Shown here piece by piece: positions 37,901-51,050 of a DNA stretch of 64,000 bases. Position 1 is the stretch's first letter, and the number at the start of each line of letters is the position of its first letter. The translations under genes were made by a program, and so were the position numbers. The stretch comes from Raillietiella orientalis (lineage: Eukaryota). The stretch is taken from positions 1,302,001 to 1,366,000 of the forward strand of contig JAYWIR010000033.1 in the NCBI GenBank assembly GCA_036172245.1, in the 5' to 3' direction. Below the pieces are notes generated by a model. The model did no database searches. It worked only from the letters and a program-made list of their open reading frames with translations, and was not told the DNA's origin.

Positions 37901-38054
37901 AGAAACGAAGAGTAAATCCGTGATGCTGAGGTTTAAAGAAAAACTAATAGAAGTGCACCCTTAATACGTAATGAAGCAGAGAAAAGCCACGTCTTATAAA
38001 ACCAATGATGCCGGTTTTTTTTTTTTTTTTTTGGTGATTTGATAACGGCGTCCT

Positions 38055-38390
38055 ACCAGCAGATATAGCATGCCTGGTCCGCCATCCCGAAGGAACCTTA
38101 AGATAAAGATTGCAGCACTTTGGCTCCACATTAGACTGCCTGAGAGAGGTTGGAACAGAACTACCACTGCACAGCCCAAAGCCAAAGACCCCTGTCCCCT
38201 CTCCCCCTCCCATATTTTTATTTTTCATATTTTTGTTTCTAGTTCCCTCCCTCTCGTTCCGGACTTTCGGCTTTACCGACCTGCGTGTCGGAGAGCCCTC
38301 CCTTCCATCTTCTGTACCCTTTGTCTGGGAACTTCGTTCCCAGATAGTTTTTAAGTAAACGCCTCGGAGCACCCGGATGGAAAGCAGAAG
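38055..38390 (+). mobile_element. Short LINE 3' terminal fragment with complete structured 3' UTR
   Basis: KIAALWLHI matches the family C-terminus. The UTR aligns with those at 15472-15660 and 22270-22460 (TTCCGGAC...CCGACCTGC...GGGAAC-ttc-GTTCCC...TAAACGCC...CCGGATG). Confidence 0.75.
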
Positions 38391-39849
38391 TGCACAGCCG
38401 TGATCGTTCCAGCATGATGCTCCCCCTTTGGATCCCATGACCTCCCCCCATTTCACCTGTCATGGACCTTCAGCCACCAGCTGCAAAAAGGGAGGAGGGG
38501 TCTCCGAAAAGACTGCCACGAGGGCAGTGCAGGGCGCCACGACTGCGCTGCTTTGAAAATGGGGCATCATCAGCGTATGATCTCGCCAACGAGAGAGAGG
38601 GGGGGAGAGAAATCCCATGTGTTATGTAGCTGATGGTTTTTTTGGAAACTCCGAAAAATTTTTACCATATTTGCGTAATTGCTTATGATAATAAGATAAA
38701 ATACATGGCGTGCTGTTTTCCATTCCGATTATGTGGTTGAGATTGTGCGATGCTCCAAGATGCAGTTTTATCAATAACTTCGAGATGCTCGAATCCATGG
38801 AGTCTTCCAGCGACATTCGTGTGATTGAGTGCACGCGATGAAATTTTAATTGCAAGGAGCTGCAATTAAAATTTCCTCGCATCAGTTCCAGGGGAGCCTT
38901 CTTCCGTTTCCAGCAGGTGGCTGAAAGTGCATGACGAGTGGAACTGAGGCCTCGGAATTCGGTTCAAAAAGCAGCGTGTCAAAGCGATCACAGCTGTGCA
39001 CTTCGGCACATTTTTCAACTTCGTGTTCCTCCACCTTGCAAGAGCACAAGACTTCGAGGCGACGGAAGCTGATGCTGCAGATGTGCACCTCGAGGCTGGA
39101 AGATTCGCAGACGCGCGTTTGAAGAAAAGAGTCAAGAGAACGAAGCGTGAAGCTGCTTCGGGACGAGGTTTTCCAGGCGGGGAGCAAGGCTCGAGGGGCA
39201 CACGCGGAAACAAACCGGGATGACCCCACACGATGGTGAGCCAACGGCACGGTCACGGGTCGGCGAGCTGCCTGACCAACACAACTCTGTTGCTTCTGCA
39301 AGAAAAAAAAAAGAAAAGGGAAAAAAACGGGCCGGTGGAAACTCACCCTTCTCTCAACCACGCGTGTTCAACGTGTGGTTCCTTCCAAGGACGCGAGAAG
39401 TGGACCCACGCAGCGCATGCTTTCCGGTAAGAGCGTCTGCCTCAGCTGCAGGTCTTCCTTGCCGGATGGAATCCAAGATGGATGAAACGTTCCTCCTTTC
39501 GCAGGAAGTGGAGGAGAGGTTCATCAGGAAGCGGAGTATCCGCGTGCACGAGCGATGCTGCGGCGGAACAGAAGATCAACCTTTGAGCAGCCGGCGGCGG
39601 AAGCGAAACAGAGTGCGCTGCTTTACCCTCACCGGAGTCCTCCCTTCCTCAGCAGCGGATTCCCCATGTGTCGGAAGCCATTTTGAGGCAAAGCAAGTTT
39701 TAATGGGGCTCACACGAAGGTGGGAAAGGATTTCCTTTTTTCGCGTTTGCGTGCCCGCACGGAAATTTCCGCGCTCCCCAGGCAGTGAAACCAAAACTCC
39801 ATAAAGGGATTGGGCGTGCGCATGCAAATCCTCACCACACGGATCTTCG

Positions 39850-40430
39850 TCGTAAGAGTTAAGCAGCTTACTTGCTAGCCGGAAACTGCGAGGTAATCAA
39901 CCACGGAAGGCACACGCTTGTGTTGCTTCAGCGTGAATCTTGAGCTTGTTTCATCTCTGCCAGAAGATACTCATAGTCAAAAGTCCATTGCAGCGCTTGG
40001 ACGATCCTTCCCATGGCGACGGCCGAAGTCTCTGTGGAAATGCCGGAATGGCGACCGAGCTGACCCCACGAGACGAAAGGGAACAGTAGCGATAAACGAT
40101 GGGTGATGCTGGAGCAACATTTCGACCTGATCCAAGTACGCGAGATGCTCTCCAGAAGACCGCAGTAGAGGAATTGCGGTGTCCTGGTCAATACAGTGAC
40201 CAGGCGCCGCTGGCTTGAAAGCTCCGCATACTCGCTGCTCTCACACAGTCAGGCAAAGGTCATTCTGCGGCCTGGAAAGGCAAGAGGAACAGGTGATCCA
40301 AGATCTGTTTCCTAGGAAGCGAAGGATCAGCTTCGGACCCTGCCATGGAGACGGAGGAACCGATGGCTTCGCGGTTGCCCTCGTAGCGATCCACCGATTC
40401 CCAACTGCGGGGTGTGGTGTTTCGTGGACG
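39850..40430 (+). mobile_element. Possible old LINE C-terminal remnant
   Basis: AAWKGKRN (~40265-40292) resembles WxxRN and upstream sequence is Cys/Trp-rich. Weak. Confidence 0.25.
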
Positions 40431-40591
40431 TCCACGTTCCGATTTCGCATTTTACGAGGAACGGAAATGCCATTCGGAGATGCAAACGCTGTTTTTTGTT
40501 TTTGTCCCCAGGGATATGCACGAAAAAAATGCCTGTTCACGTGCAGCATACTCACAGAAAGATTTCCACTGGAAGAAAACACACAAACACA

Positions 40592-40594
<3 letters not shown>

Positions 40595-40670
<76 letters not shown>
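40595..40670. repeat. (GT)38 microsatellite
   Basis: An uninterrupted GT run, preceded by an AC-rich run and followed by gcgtgtgcgcgcgtgc. Confidence 0.97.
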
Positions 40671-40676
<6 letters not shown>

Positions 40677-43533
40677 GCGCGCGTGCATACAAAAATACAC
40701 GAGCGTGTCACCGGTCCACACATCAGCGCGGTCGTATCCGAGCACATCACTCCGAGAAACGATCCAATTACGATAACATTTCTTTCTTTCATATGCCCTT
40801 AACGACTTTATTGATTTCATGACACGTAAACAAGCGAATCCATTAAAAACAAAATAAGATTAATAAAATTCTTTATCTTCTTCAAAGAAGATAAATGGGC
40901 AGCGGAAGACAGCTCCAGAAAAACCGTCGCAACTGCAAGGGGGGGGAAGAAAAAAAAAAAAAAAAAAATGAGCGCGTCCAAAATGGAACGCCGTCGTTAC
41001 GTGTGGATGAGCGCTGCTCCCCATATCTGACGGAGTCTGTGGGGGGATGCAGGAGCACGGCCGCAGCGGAGGATGCTGACGCTACGTGGGATCTACGTGA
41101 GCGAAGGGATCTGCGCATCCCACATCACGCAAACTCGTACGCACACGTCGGCAGTCCGAGGATCGAAGACCGCCTCCCGATTGAGACGAGACCGCGTCCA
41201 GGAATCACACGGGCGCGGGGAATCCGTTCCCGGGGATGCCGGTGTGATCGCACGTGACCTTCAGGGCGGAGGAGGGGGGGATCTGCAGCCCCGCCGATGC
41301 GCGCGGAACATGCGCACCTCGCGAGCCCTCCCGAAGGCCCGACCCGCGCGCGCGCCGGAAACGCATCCTGGTGAAATCCGAATCCACGAAGGATCCTCTG
41401 ACCCCTGACGGTCCCCGAGGACGGGTGGACCGCAGTGGACCGCGGCCGGGCGGTGATGAATCTAAAAAGGCGAACCTCGCTTCGGACGGGGGGGATGGGC
41501 TTTCGAATCTGGGATGGAGTGGGAGGATGCGGAAGGAAATTTCCATCTCCCGTTCAATCTCAGGATGTGCTTTTTTTTTTCTTCTTCGTTTTTGTTGTTG
41601 CTGTTGAGACCAAGCAGCTGACGGAAGATGATGGTCGTTTCGATGTTCCTCACACCTTCGCGTCTTCCGCTTCTGCGAGCCGGACGTCCACCACGTCAGC
41701 AGCCTCCCTGTTCCTGCCGTTCCCGAATATCAATCAATAATTCCATAACGCGTCTTTTGTTTCGCCTCCCAGATCGAAGTGGGGCTTCCCGGAGTGAGCG
41801 GCCGCCGCGTTCGCCATCTTGAAGCGCCGATCCCGAAACGTCTTCTGCCTTGCTGCTCGCTCGCCGCCAGAAAGCGTGTGCGCTCTCCCCCTCCCAGCTC
41901 GGTCCTCCCCGCTGGCTCGCGCCCGTGAGCTGCTCCGCTCAATCAGATCTGCTGCCAGAGAGTGGAGGAGGCTGGTGATCAGCGGACGAACCCATAAATA
42001 ATGAAATTCCGTCACGTTCGGAGCGTGGTACTTGGACGAGACGAATGCGCAGAGCTCAGGGGAGAGCGGGATTAAAAATTTATCAGCAATTTAAACTTGC
42101 CCTCTCGCACTCGGGCCTTTCCGGCGTCACCCGTGCTCTTCTCCGCTTGCCCTTGAAATCCTCTTGCGCCAGGATGGATGCTGCTCCCTCGGAGCTGTTA
42201 TTGAGCGACAGTGGAGCAAGCCGGGGCTGCTAATGAAGAGCATCTCATGGGACGAACTGTTTGGAATTTCGCGAGCGCTGTTTTCCGTCCATCTGCGGGA
42301 GGACGCTTCGAGAAACGAAGGGAAAAAAAAATACCTCTGTGACCAACATGACCGGATGTCACGTTATTCCTTCGGAAGCTTCCAGAGGAATTCTCCGGGT
42401 TTTGTTTTGTTTTGTTTTGTTTTTTCTTTTTTCTTTTTTTTTTTTTCGGCGTAATTGGGGACTTCTGGGTTTACGTGACTTACGCCCGGCGATCGGGGAC
42501 CGTCGCTCCGCGACCCTGATTCCTGGGTATGGTCGAACCAGATATTACTTTTTGATCTTCTTAGCATCCGGAGGGAGGGGTCCTCCGCTCCGTAGCATGC
42601 GATCTTGTGATTATTCCAGGGACTGGATAGCGCGTTCCCGCGTCCAAAGGAAAGGAGGGAGTGCTCCAGCCACCGTGGGAAGGTCTTCGGCGAGTACCGA
42701 GCACTGATCGAAAAACGATGGGCACATTCGCGATAAGGACGCGTTTGTTTGTTTTTGTTTTTTTTTTTTTTCCTTTTTTTTTTTTTTTTCATTTACCTAT
42801 TTATTTGTTTTTATTTTAATTTTTTCGGGGGCCTTGCTTGCGATGGAAATGCGGATCTCAGCCTCGTGAAGAACTGCCAGCGAGCTTCCTTCACCGCCGC
42901 TGGCAAAGTGCAAGAGAGCAGCTCGAACAAGGCTCCAGCTAATAGATTGTTCGAAAGATTGCTTTCCGATGTTTTTCAGAACCATTTGACTCTCACAATA
43001 CCGGATTTTCCAGAAACTGGCGCCGAGATGCAGGGGTAATCGATTTATCCACTGCGCAGGTCCATGTAAATCTCCTGATCCCAAGATGAAATCGACTAAA
43101 ATATCTTAGGTCAAATCGAATGCGTTTTTATTGTCGTGATTCGCCTTTTTTTCGGGGGGGGGCTCAATCAAAGTTGCGAAATTTCTGACACGAGTGGCCC
43201 CGTGAAAGTGCACGTTGGATGCGGTTGATTCCCCCCGTAGTGGTTTGCAGCGGAGAGAGGGCTCGCGTTGCCACGGTCGCAGCGAACGCAGAAAATGCAC
43301 TATGTGGAGGTTCGGCTCCGGCCCTTCTCTGGTGGGTGGCTGAAGAATAACGGTTCGAAGCGGCGATGTTTGCTATGGTAACCCATAATTATGGTTCCTG
43401 ATGATCTTCTCTTCCTCATGTTTTTGGTGTTTCACTGTACGACGAGTTCGGAAGCTGCTCGGTAAGTAACCTCCAAGTTCGTTTGAGCCGTCGAGCGCGC
43501 GCCTCCGCTGCTGGCACGAAGTGACTCCCGGGG

Positions 43534-43576
43534 GGTGGTGGTGGTGGTGGTAGTGGTGGTGGTGGTGGTGGTGGTG
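43534..43576. repeat. (GGT)n microsatellite, about 14 units with one interruption
   Basis: Seen directly in the sequence. Confidence 0.95.
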
Positions 43577-44299
43577 CGGAGGGGAACTCGCGCGGCCCCC
43601 GTCTCCCCCCGAGCGCGGTAGCATGCGGGGCACATTTGGTGCGTGTGTGCAGCTGAGAGTGTGTTTGTGTGTTTTGCATGGTATATGTTGCCGGAAACGG
43701 TGATCCCGAAAGGGAGAGATCCCGATCTGTGTTTGTCCGAACGGTCGGCAGGGAAGCCCCCCATTCAAAGCTCTGCTTGGCGGTAATCCCGTCGGCTGTC
43801 ACCCCCTTCACCCCCCCTCTCCCCCCTTTCCTTGCTCGACGAACGCCGACTCGGATGCGGATTTGGGTTTCGCTCGCGGATGCTGCCCGCAGCTCCCTCG
43901 CAACAAAGAGAAGAACTTCGACCGCCGTCCGTGCAGCGTCCGCAACAAAACGCGGAGCATCCTTTGTTTCCTTGTTCCCGTGGGCAGTAGCTGTGCCTCG
44001 GAAAGGAAGGGAGGGGGGGGGAATGAACAGGAATGAGTTCGCGAGGCGAAACTTCGTCTTCTTCTCCCACCCCTTTTCCACCCCTCGTCGCACGCCCCGT
44101 GATCTTCCGACAAGATGCCTCTCGAAGAGTTCGAAATAAAAATCCCGCTCTTCGGGTTCCGACTAACCCAAGAAAAAGCATAGAATGGCGAAGAAATCCA
44201 CAAAAATAATGGAGGGGACAGGCATGAGAGTGGAACTGCGTACCAGGCGAGCTCCGCTCGCAGTGCGGGGGAATCGATGAACTCTGGTGTGCAGCCGTT

Positions 44300-47200
44300 C
44301 GGAAGAACATCCCCTTGCTTTTCGGAAGGAGATGCGGTAACCGTTCTCTCAAGGTCTTCAGAGCTGCAAGAGCAGACCCCCTTCAATCCTCGAAAGGGTG
44401 AACGTTCGTCCCGAAGAGAGCACAAAATTCCAACGCATCCGAGCCCCACTTTCAGTCAGTCAGTCCCACAAGTACCCATCCAGGGAAGAAAGGAAAACGG
44501 GTCCAAGAAACGAATCACTGTACACCTACCCACGCACATACCCTTTCTATTCCAAAGTCTGTGGAGGACCATAAGCTGAAGCTCCGGCTGATGGCGTTCG
44601 TGTTTGACAGTCAGTCACCATGAAACCACGATGGTGGAATGTTGCTTCGTACCTCCTCTGAAAAAGATCTCTGCCCTTTGATTCATAGATTCGGTCCTGG
44701 GCGCTACGAGAGCCGCAGCTCTTACCCGCCCGCGCTGCTCGTAGAGTGAGTTGCCATGGAACCGCCTGGACTCTGTCAGACTGCTGCACCGTGGGAATCC
44801 TGCCTGCAGCAGTTTGCCCGATTCCCCCGCTCACCCAGGACGCATCATCTTTGAGAATAAGACAGCGTCCATGTCTCCTAGACCGGGTGGCTGACTTTCC
44901 CCACCAAATCTCTCTTGCGCCTCATTCTTTCCCCGGATCTCCTTCCCTCTTTGGTCCCTTCTGGTGCAGGGAAGGGAGGGCTACCACTTGGAACGGAACG
45001 GAACCTCCCTGTCTGCACACTTCTCCTACAGTCGAAAAAGCGACCTCAAGGTGAGTTGAGGGTCTGGCAGCCTGAACTGGCTTTGAGGTCGGTTTTGATC
45101 AGGGTCTGTCCTGATCAAAAGCGGAAGAAGGCGCATAGCGGAATGGGACAAGAGACGTGCGGGAAAAGCGTGCAAAGAAATCCTGGGGGCGGGAGTGGCT
45201 ATGGGAAGATCAAGCTAAAAAGTGAACCCCAGAAGACTTGGAACCAGCGAAGGCGAAGAGGGTAATGGGGGAAGGGGGAAGTTTTCCTGGAGACCGTCTT
45301 GGGTAGCTTTGAGGTGAAGGTCGGACCGGCTCGTGAGACCTGGCACCCGGCTGTCACCGGCTGAGCTCTTGCAGATCACGCCACCTGGCAAGAGGGCTTC
45401 TCGCAAAAGAGCCACCTTTTCCTACCGACCTCTCACACTTTCCCCCCGAAACCATCTTCGCTCTGTATCCCAGGTCATCCTCCACGCTCTTGTCTCGATG
45501 TGAGCGTGCCATCGGAGGGAAGTACTCAGGACGCCGGGGAGGCGTGCATTTAGCGAAGCGCGGGGATGCAAGTAAGAATCTCGGAAGCGCATCCGGGACC
45601 AAAGGATCAGTGCGTCAGGTGACCTCCTGAATTCCCCAGACCAAATTTCTCTACTTCCGGTAGCGAAGATTTGCCCGGAACTGCCGGGAAAGATGAAGAA
45701 CAGGTGCCTTTGAATAGGGGAGAGTTGAGAAGGGAGTGCTGGGAACCTTTGATGGCAGAAGGCGAGCCTAGTCTGGAAAATGGATGCAGCATTGAAAGTA
45801 ACAGGGAAAGGAGTGGAAAGTCATCCCGAAAGCAGAAGGAAGATTGACGGACACGTACCAGAGTGCGGGAAGATCCGAGGAAAGGATTTTTTTTCCCCCT
45901 CTCGGTATCAAGGAATGAAAGTCTCCCCTCCCAGAACGGATACTGGTCTTGTCATACCGATCCTGAGATTTGCCATGGTCTGCCGGCTATCTGAGAGCGC
46001 TAGCGAATGAGTGCGGCTGTCATCCCTGGGACAAGTCTTCAGGAGAGGGGAGATCCCTGGTCGAGGCAGAGGTGGCATGGGAATAGAGGGACATTTGGTC
46101 TCTAGTGGTGCTTGAAAGAAAGCTACAGAGGAGGAATTTCTCCACCGGCAACCATCGAGTCGACCACAGGATGCAAAGGGAAGCAGCCAAAGGGGAAATG
46201 CCCAGCAGGGATCACCAAAGGTGCTCCAGGATTCCATCACCACCGTTGCCATTAACGATACAGCAATTGTTTGCTACACTGTTTACGAGTTTGCCGTTGG
46301 AAAAGAAGGGAACTTTTCTGCCACTCTCTGCGTGGCTGACTGATTCTGCCGTACGAAGATTTTGATTCTCGTGAAACCTCTGAGGAATCGCCTCCTCGCT
46401 GTTTTCGCAGCGCGCAGCGCTTCAAGAAAAAGGCGATGAAGGAGGAGAGGGACCACTTGAGACACCGATGATAAACAAATGCTCATGAGGGATTCGCAGC
46501 ATCCTGCTTTCTAACTCATGGAAACATAAGAGGTCATATCATTAAGGAGGATCTCATCATCGACAGAGAATGAGCGAAACAGGAAGAAACTCGGTGGAGG
46601 CGTTTCTCAGCAGGAAAGCATTGACAACCTCCGACGGTAAGTTTTCGTCTTTCCTGATCCACCCGAGCTGTCTTCCTGGAGGATCTTTCCGGAGAAAATA
46701 CCCCGCCTTGCTCCTCTCGAAGCACCGAAATCGCCCTTATCCTTCGAGAGAGGTTCGAAATCGGCAGTGGGATATTCTGGGGATTTCCGCAGAGGAGAGG
46801 AACGCCCTCTGCCGTTCTGAACTGAACATTCTGCAGCATTTTCAGCCGGGAATAGTGGGAAGATGCCCGCAATCCCTCCCCCCTGGAAGAAATTTTGCTT
46901 CAGGGAGCACCACCTGCAGCAGCATCGAAAGGCTCCTGAAATCTTTCGGAAGGATCCAATGCAATACTCCTGCACCTCTACCCTGCAGTTCCTGCCGAAT
47001 GCACCGAAATGAGAGGGCGTCTCCTGGAAACCAGCTGATCTGCGAGCTGCAAAGCGCCGCGAGGAGAAACCGAGACCGCGAGAATGACGTCTAGGAGGAG
47101 CGTTTTCTGGAGAAAGATTGCGTGTCAGTTTTCTTCGAGCTCGCGCCAAAGGAGTAAAGAGCCAGCTTCCCTTCTCCCACCCACCCCTCCCATTGCTGCG

Positions 47201-50200
47201 AAGCATCCTTGCTTCCTTGAAAAAAACAAGCAATCCTATGAGTGCCCGTGTAGATGTCTTTCCAAGAATCGAGTCAGCGGGCTCTCCCGCATGGAGTTTC
47301 CATTATGGCGCCAGAGCCCGTCGGGATCCACATCCACCATTTCCTTTTTACACGGGCGAATCCATAATCTGGAATTTCCTTCGAGCGTAATGCCATGCGA
47401 GGGATCCGTTGGTAGGATGCAATGGCAACGGGCCCCGCTGCTGCTCTTTGTGGAAAAGCGCGGATTTGCCCTTTGCCCTGCACCGGTAGCTGTAAAGGCT
47501 CTGCTCGAGCAGTTCACCCACACGCGAGTGAGAGTGACCGCAGGAGTGAGAGACCGGAAGTGATTCGTGGCCGCGTAATGGAGAATGAAAATCGTGGGAG
47601 AAATCAGGGATTGTTTCGAAATTTCCCGGAAGTTCGACGAGGCTGAAACGAGAGCCAGAATCGTGTCCCATAAGATCGAGAGGAGGGGGGAGAGTTCCTA
47701 TTTCTTCGAGAGAACATCCCTTCTTTCCCTTTGCCTCGCACCTGGGTCGAGGAGCTTCCTGTTGTTGCACCAAGCTCTTCGAAGGGTTCTTCATTCAGAG
47801 GGAGAGCATCACTCCAAGGACTCGAACGGCTTCCTGTGGACGGGACTAGTGGCGCGAATCACGGCTTCTTTCCATTCACCGCAAGCGTCAGAAACCACCG
47901 CGACGGGATGCTCTCCCTGAAAACTGACCGCCAGCTGGACGTGCGCATCACGGCAAAGACGTCCTTGATCTTCTGTCTGATTTTGCCTCCGAACGAGGTC
48001 CGAAAAATCTCTGGCACTTCCGAATACGCGTTCGCTCCTCGGGATATCGGAAAATCACCAGGGATTCTAGAATCCGCTCGTTCGATGATTGGTGGACAAT
48101 CCGGGGCATCCGGAATGCAGCCCTCGGGCTCGGACTGTGCCGTGCCACGGCAGCGACGTGGCCTTCTGTAGGCATGCTGCGTTCCTCTTCGTGGACTCTC
48201 CAGGATTCAAGTGGGACCGCTGCGACCCGCTCCGTTTGGTTCCACGGGGTCTCCGTGAGGGGAGAGCGTGGAAACCCCTTTCCGACATGGCAACGAGTCG
48301 GTCCAGGGACCCGGGAGCTGCCTCGAGAACGCGGGGAGTCGCGCGAAAAGGAAGCGTGGCATCTGCCAGACGTGGAAAATCGAAACCCTGGAAGCGATGT
48401 TGAGCCTTCGGGGATTCTGCTCGCTGCAACTTTCCCAGGTGAATTCACGAGGTTTTTTCTCTCTGCCTCTCTGCCTTGACAAACTCGGCGTCAAGGATTC
48501 CGTGTGCTCGAAAAGACATCCAGAAAAACCGGCAGCATCCCATCACTTTCTGTGAACTCCCTAAGAGCTTCATGACATGTTCTGTGTAATACAGGAAGGC
48601 TCAAAACTTCAAATGCCGCTTCAGATCCTCCGAATCTCAGGAATAAGCAGCAGTGATACAATCTCCCTCCCTTCTGTCCAGATTCCATGCTCCTGAATGC
48701 CGGCTTCGCATGCCGCCTTCCCTTCCCGTTTCGCCCCGGAAACGGGAAGATTTGGAGCCCTGGAGTTTCCAAGGTTGCCGACTCTTCCCAATTACAGACG
48801 GGATTTCGTTCTCCCGGATGAAACACGAGCACTCTGCTGCTCTCGAGAAACGCTCAGCTTCAAATCACCTTCCTCCTACCTACAAGAAAGTGAAATGAGG
48901 TCCCGGAGGCCCCTTCGTGGCTTGGGATCCCTGAAACAGCAACTCGATTTTTGTTGCCCTGCAGGATAATCCCTTTTCAAGAACTCTTGGAGGAGTTTTC
49001 GTGCCTCCGCGTCCGGGAGCGAGAATCGCGGCTTGTGATGCCCAGCAGCTTCATGAGCCGCGAGGAAGGAACAAGGCGGAACGGAAGGACCTGGACGCAG
49101 GAGTTCTTGAGCTTGTAACCAGGCGACGGCAGCAAGCCGAAAACTCCTCTAGTCGCATCTGTGCTGAGGGGTCGCCTCGCCTCCCGTTTCTCGTTCGAGA
49201 CGCAGAGATACGGTTGCGCCCAAAGGGGACGCGTGAAATTCCGAGTCCTGAAGTGGTCAAGAGTTTTTGGGGGCGCGATGAGTCGGATGTTGACGATGGG
49301 CCGGAGCGATCTCCATTTAGCCATGGTGCTCCGGAATTCCTGACGTGCAGGAGTGACGAAAGAAGAAGAGGAAACTGAACCGCAGTCAAGATGCATTCGG
49401 AAAAAAAAAAAGCGACAGTCCCCAGCTTCAACAGCATCCACGAAACCGAGAAAACGAGTCGTTCTTCTAGAGTTTCCAGCTGATGGCATCTTCCGTGCCG
49501 AAGCACGAAAGTTTTCCTTCTCCACGACAAGCCAAGGTCCTTGCTGCGAGAAGGCTAGACGTGAAAGCAGGGAGGCAACGGGATCGAAGAAAGGGCAGCG
49601 TGCTCAGGCTGTGGAGGGGCTGGTCCAAAGCCCAGCGTCCCTCCGAACGGAAAAGCACTTGCAAATCTCCGCCCTGAAAAACGGCAAAGGCTCGCTTGCG
49701 CACACAAACAGACGTAAGAAATGGAAAATCCATACTCCGAAATCGGGGAGGCGCTGAGAAGGGCGGCCGTGTCTGAGTCGGCTCCGAGACTCGTGCTTTG
49801 GCAAACAGGAAGAAACCAGAGCAAATTTATGATGATCACAGGATGCTAAGAAAGGGAATGACGGACGCCTCAGCCAGCCCCATTCCGAAGAGGGAAAAGG
49901 AACATTGGAATAATGACGCAACAGTCGAAAGAAATAGGAATCTATAAATTCTACACATTGCCTGAAGCTGCTGAACATTGTGCTCCGCAAATTTTCAGTA
50001 ACTTTTCAGGGAGCGGAAAGCTGAAAAGGCAATCGACGGCCGCTTTAGTCTGTGTCAGGGAAGAGTTCCGAAGTGCCGGGACCTTCCTTGCTTGACACTC
50101 GGGAATCGTGTAGGCGAAATGATGCTGCCTGCTCGACTCCTCGTTGCTATAGGAAGATGCTGACGCTCTGTGCACCGGAGAATGGACGTGCGAGCAACGG

Positions 50201-51050
50201 TGGGAGTCTGCGACTCCTCCACACAGAATCTCAGACAGTGCAGTTTTCTTCATAAGAAGGCGCTCGCCTCCGAATGAATACTCCGCCTCAGGATCTACCG
50301 CAGATGAGCCCAGTGAGCCCCTGGAGCTTGCGTGTGCCATCCGGCACTGGGATGCTGGGAGCTTTCTGTTTTTTTTTTTTTTTTTCCCGCGGAGAAGAAT
50401 TCCAGAAGCGCAACCGCCGAAGAGGTGTCGACAACTTTTTGAGAAAAAGGCATGGAGGCTTTTGGGATCCCAGGCTGGACCTTGATAGTAAAGCATTGGG
50501 CACAAGTGCAAGAATCGTCCGAAAATCCTCTGAGAATCTCTGGAGCAGTTGTCGTCTAGTTGGAAGTTTTTCAGGCCACTCACTCATTGGAGTAGTCAGG
50601 AGGCTGTAACCTCCAGCCTTCCAGTCGACCTGAGCGCAAGTTGTAGGTAGCTGAAATCAGCATTCCATTTGCAACCAATCCTCAGTAGAAGGATGAATCC
50701 TCATCCCCTGTTTTGAGTAGAAGTCGTTCTAATCCTGGAGGTTGCGAATTTCCATTCCAGCTGAGAGAAAAAGAAACACAGAGTTTGCAAGAGGGTCCGG
50801 TCGAGAGTCTTTGGCAGCCGACCTCGGAAAGATTGGAATCGGATACAGCTTCAGCATCACCTGAATGTGCGAAACCTGGCAGAGTGTGGCTTCAGAGTAG
50901 GGGATGTTTTATTCCGGCTGGAACTGCCTTTAGCGACCGGAAATTCGTCCGAAACTTTGCAGCGTTTAGCGGGCAGCCCGGGATCGACATTGGAATGCTC
51001 TTTTACTATCTTCTAAGCCTATTTCTCAGCGGGGGCCCTTCATGATGGAT
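44300..51050 (-). mobile_element. Near full-length decayed LINE (ORF1 to ORF2 C-terminus)
   Basis: ORF1-like sequence at 49800-51000 with a knuckle remnant (YFFRLLRHYSNV). MGHDSG (~47660, PGxDG). FLPGGR (~46880, QxxFxPGR). GRIPT and LHRLWNRK (~44550-44810, zf-RVT lead-in and LWxxRN). May be more than one element. Confidence 0.6.

Noticed and set aside
38584..38605. miR535-like caacgagagagag
   Set aside because: Only a low-complexity core matches, and there is no star arm nearby.
40215..40822. ORFs with (VC)n/(HT)n runs, and poly-His/Pro/Thr ORFs at 43373-44093
   Set aside because: These are translation artefacts of the GT and GGT microsatellites.
42050..42205. miR390-like sequence (gagctcaggggagagcgg) and a possible TAS3-like site
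   Set aside because: There are several mismatches and indels against miR390, only a weak hairpin, and no convincing target-site pair.
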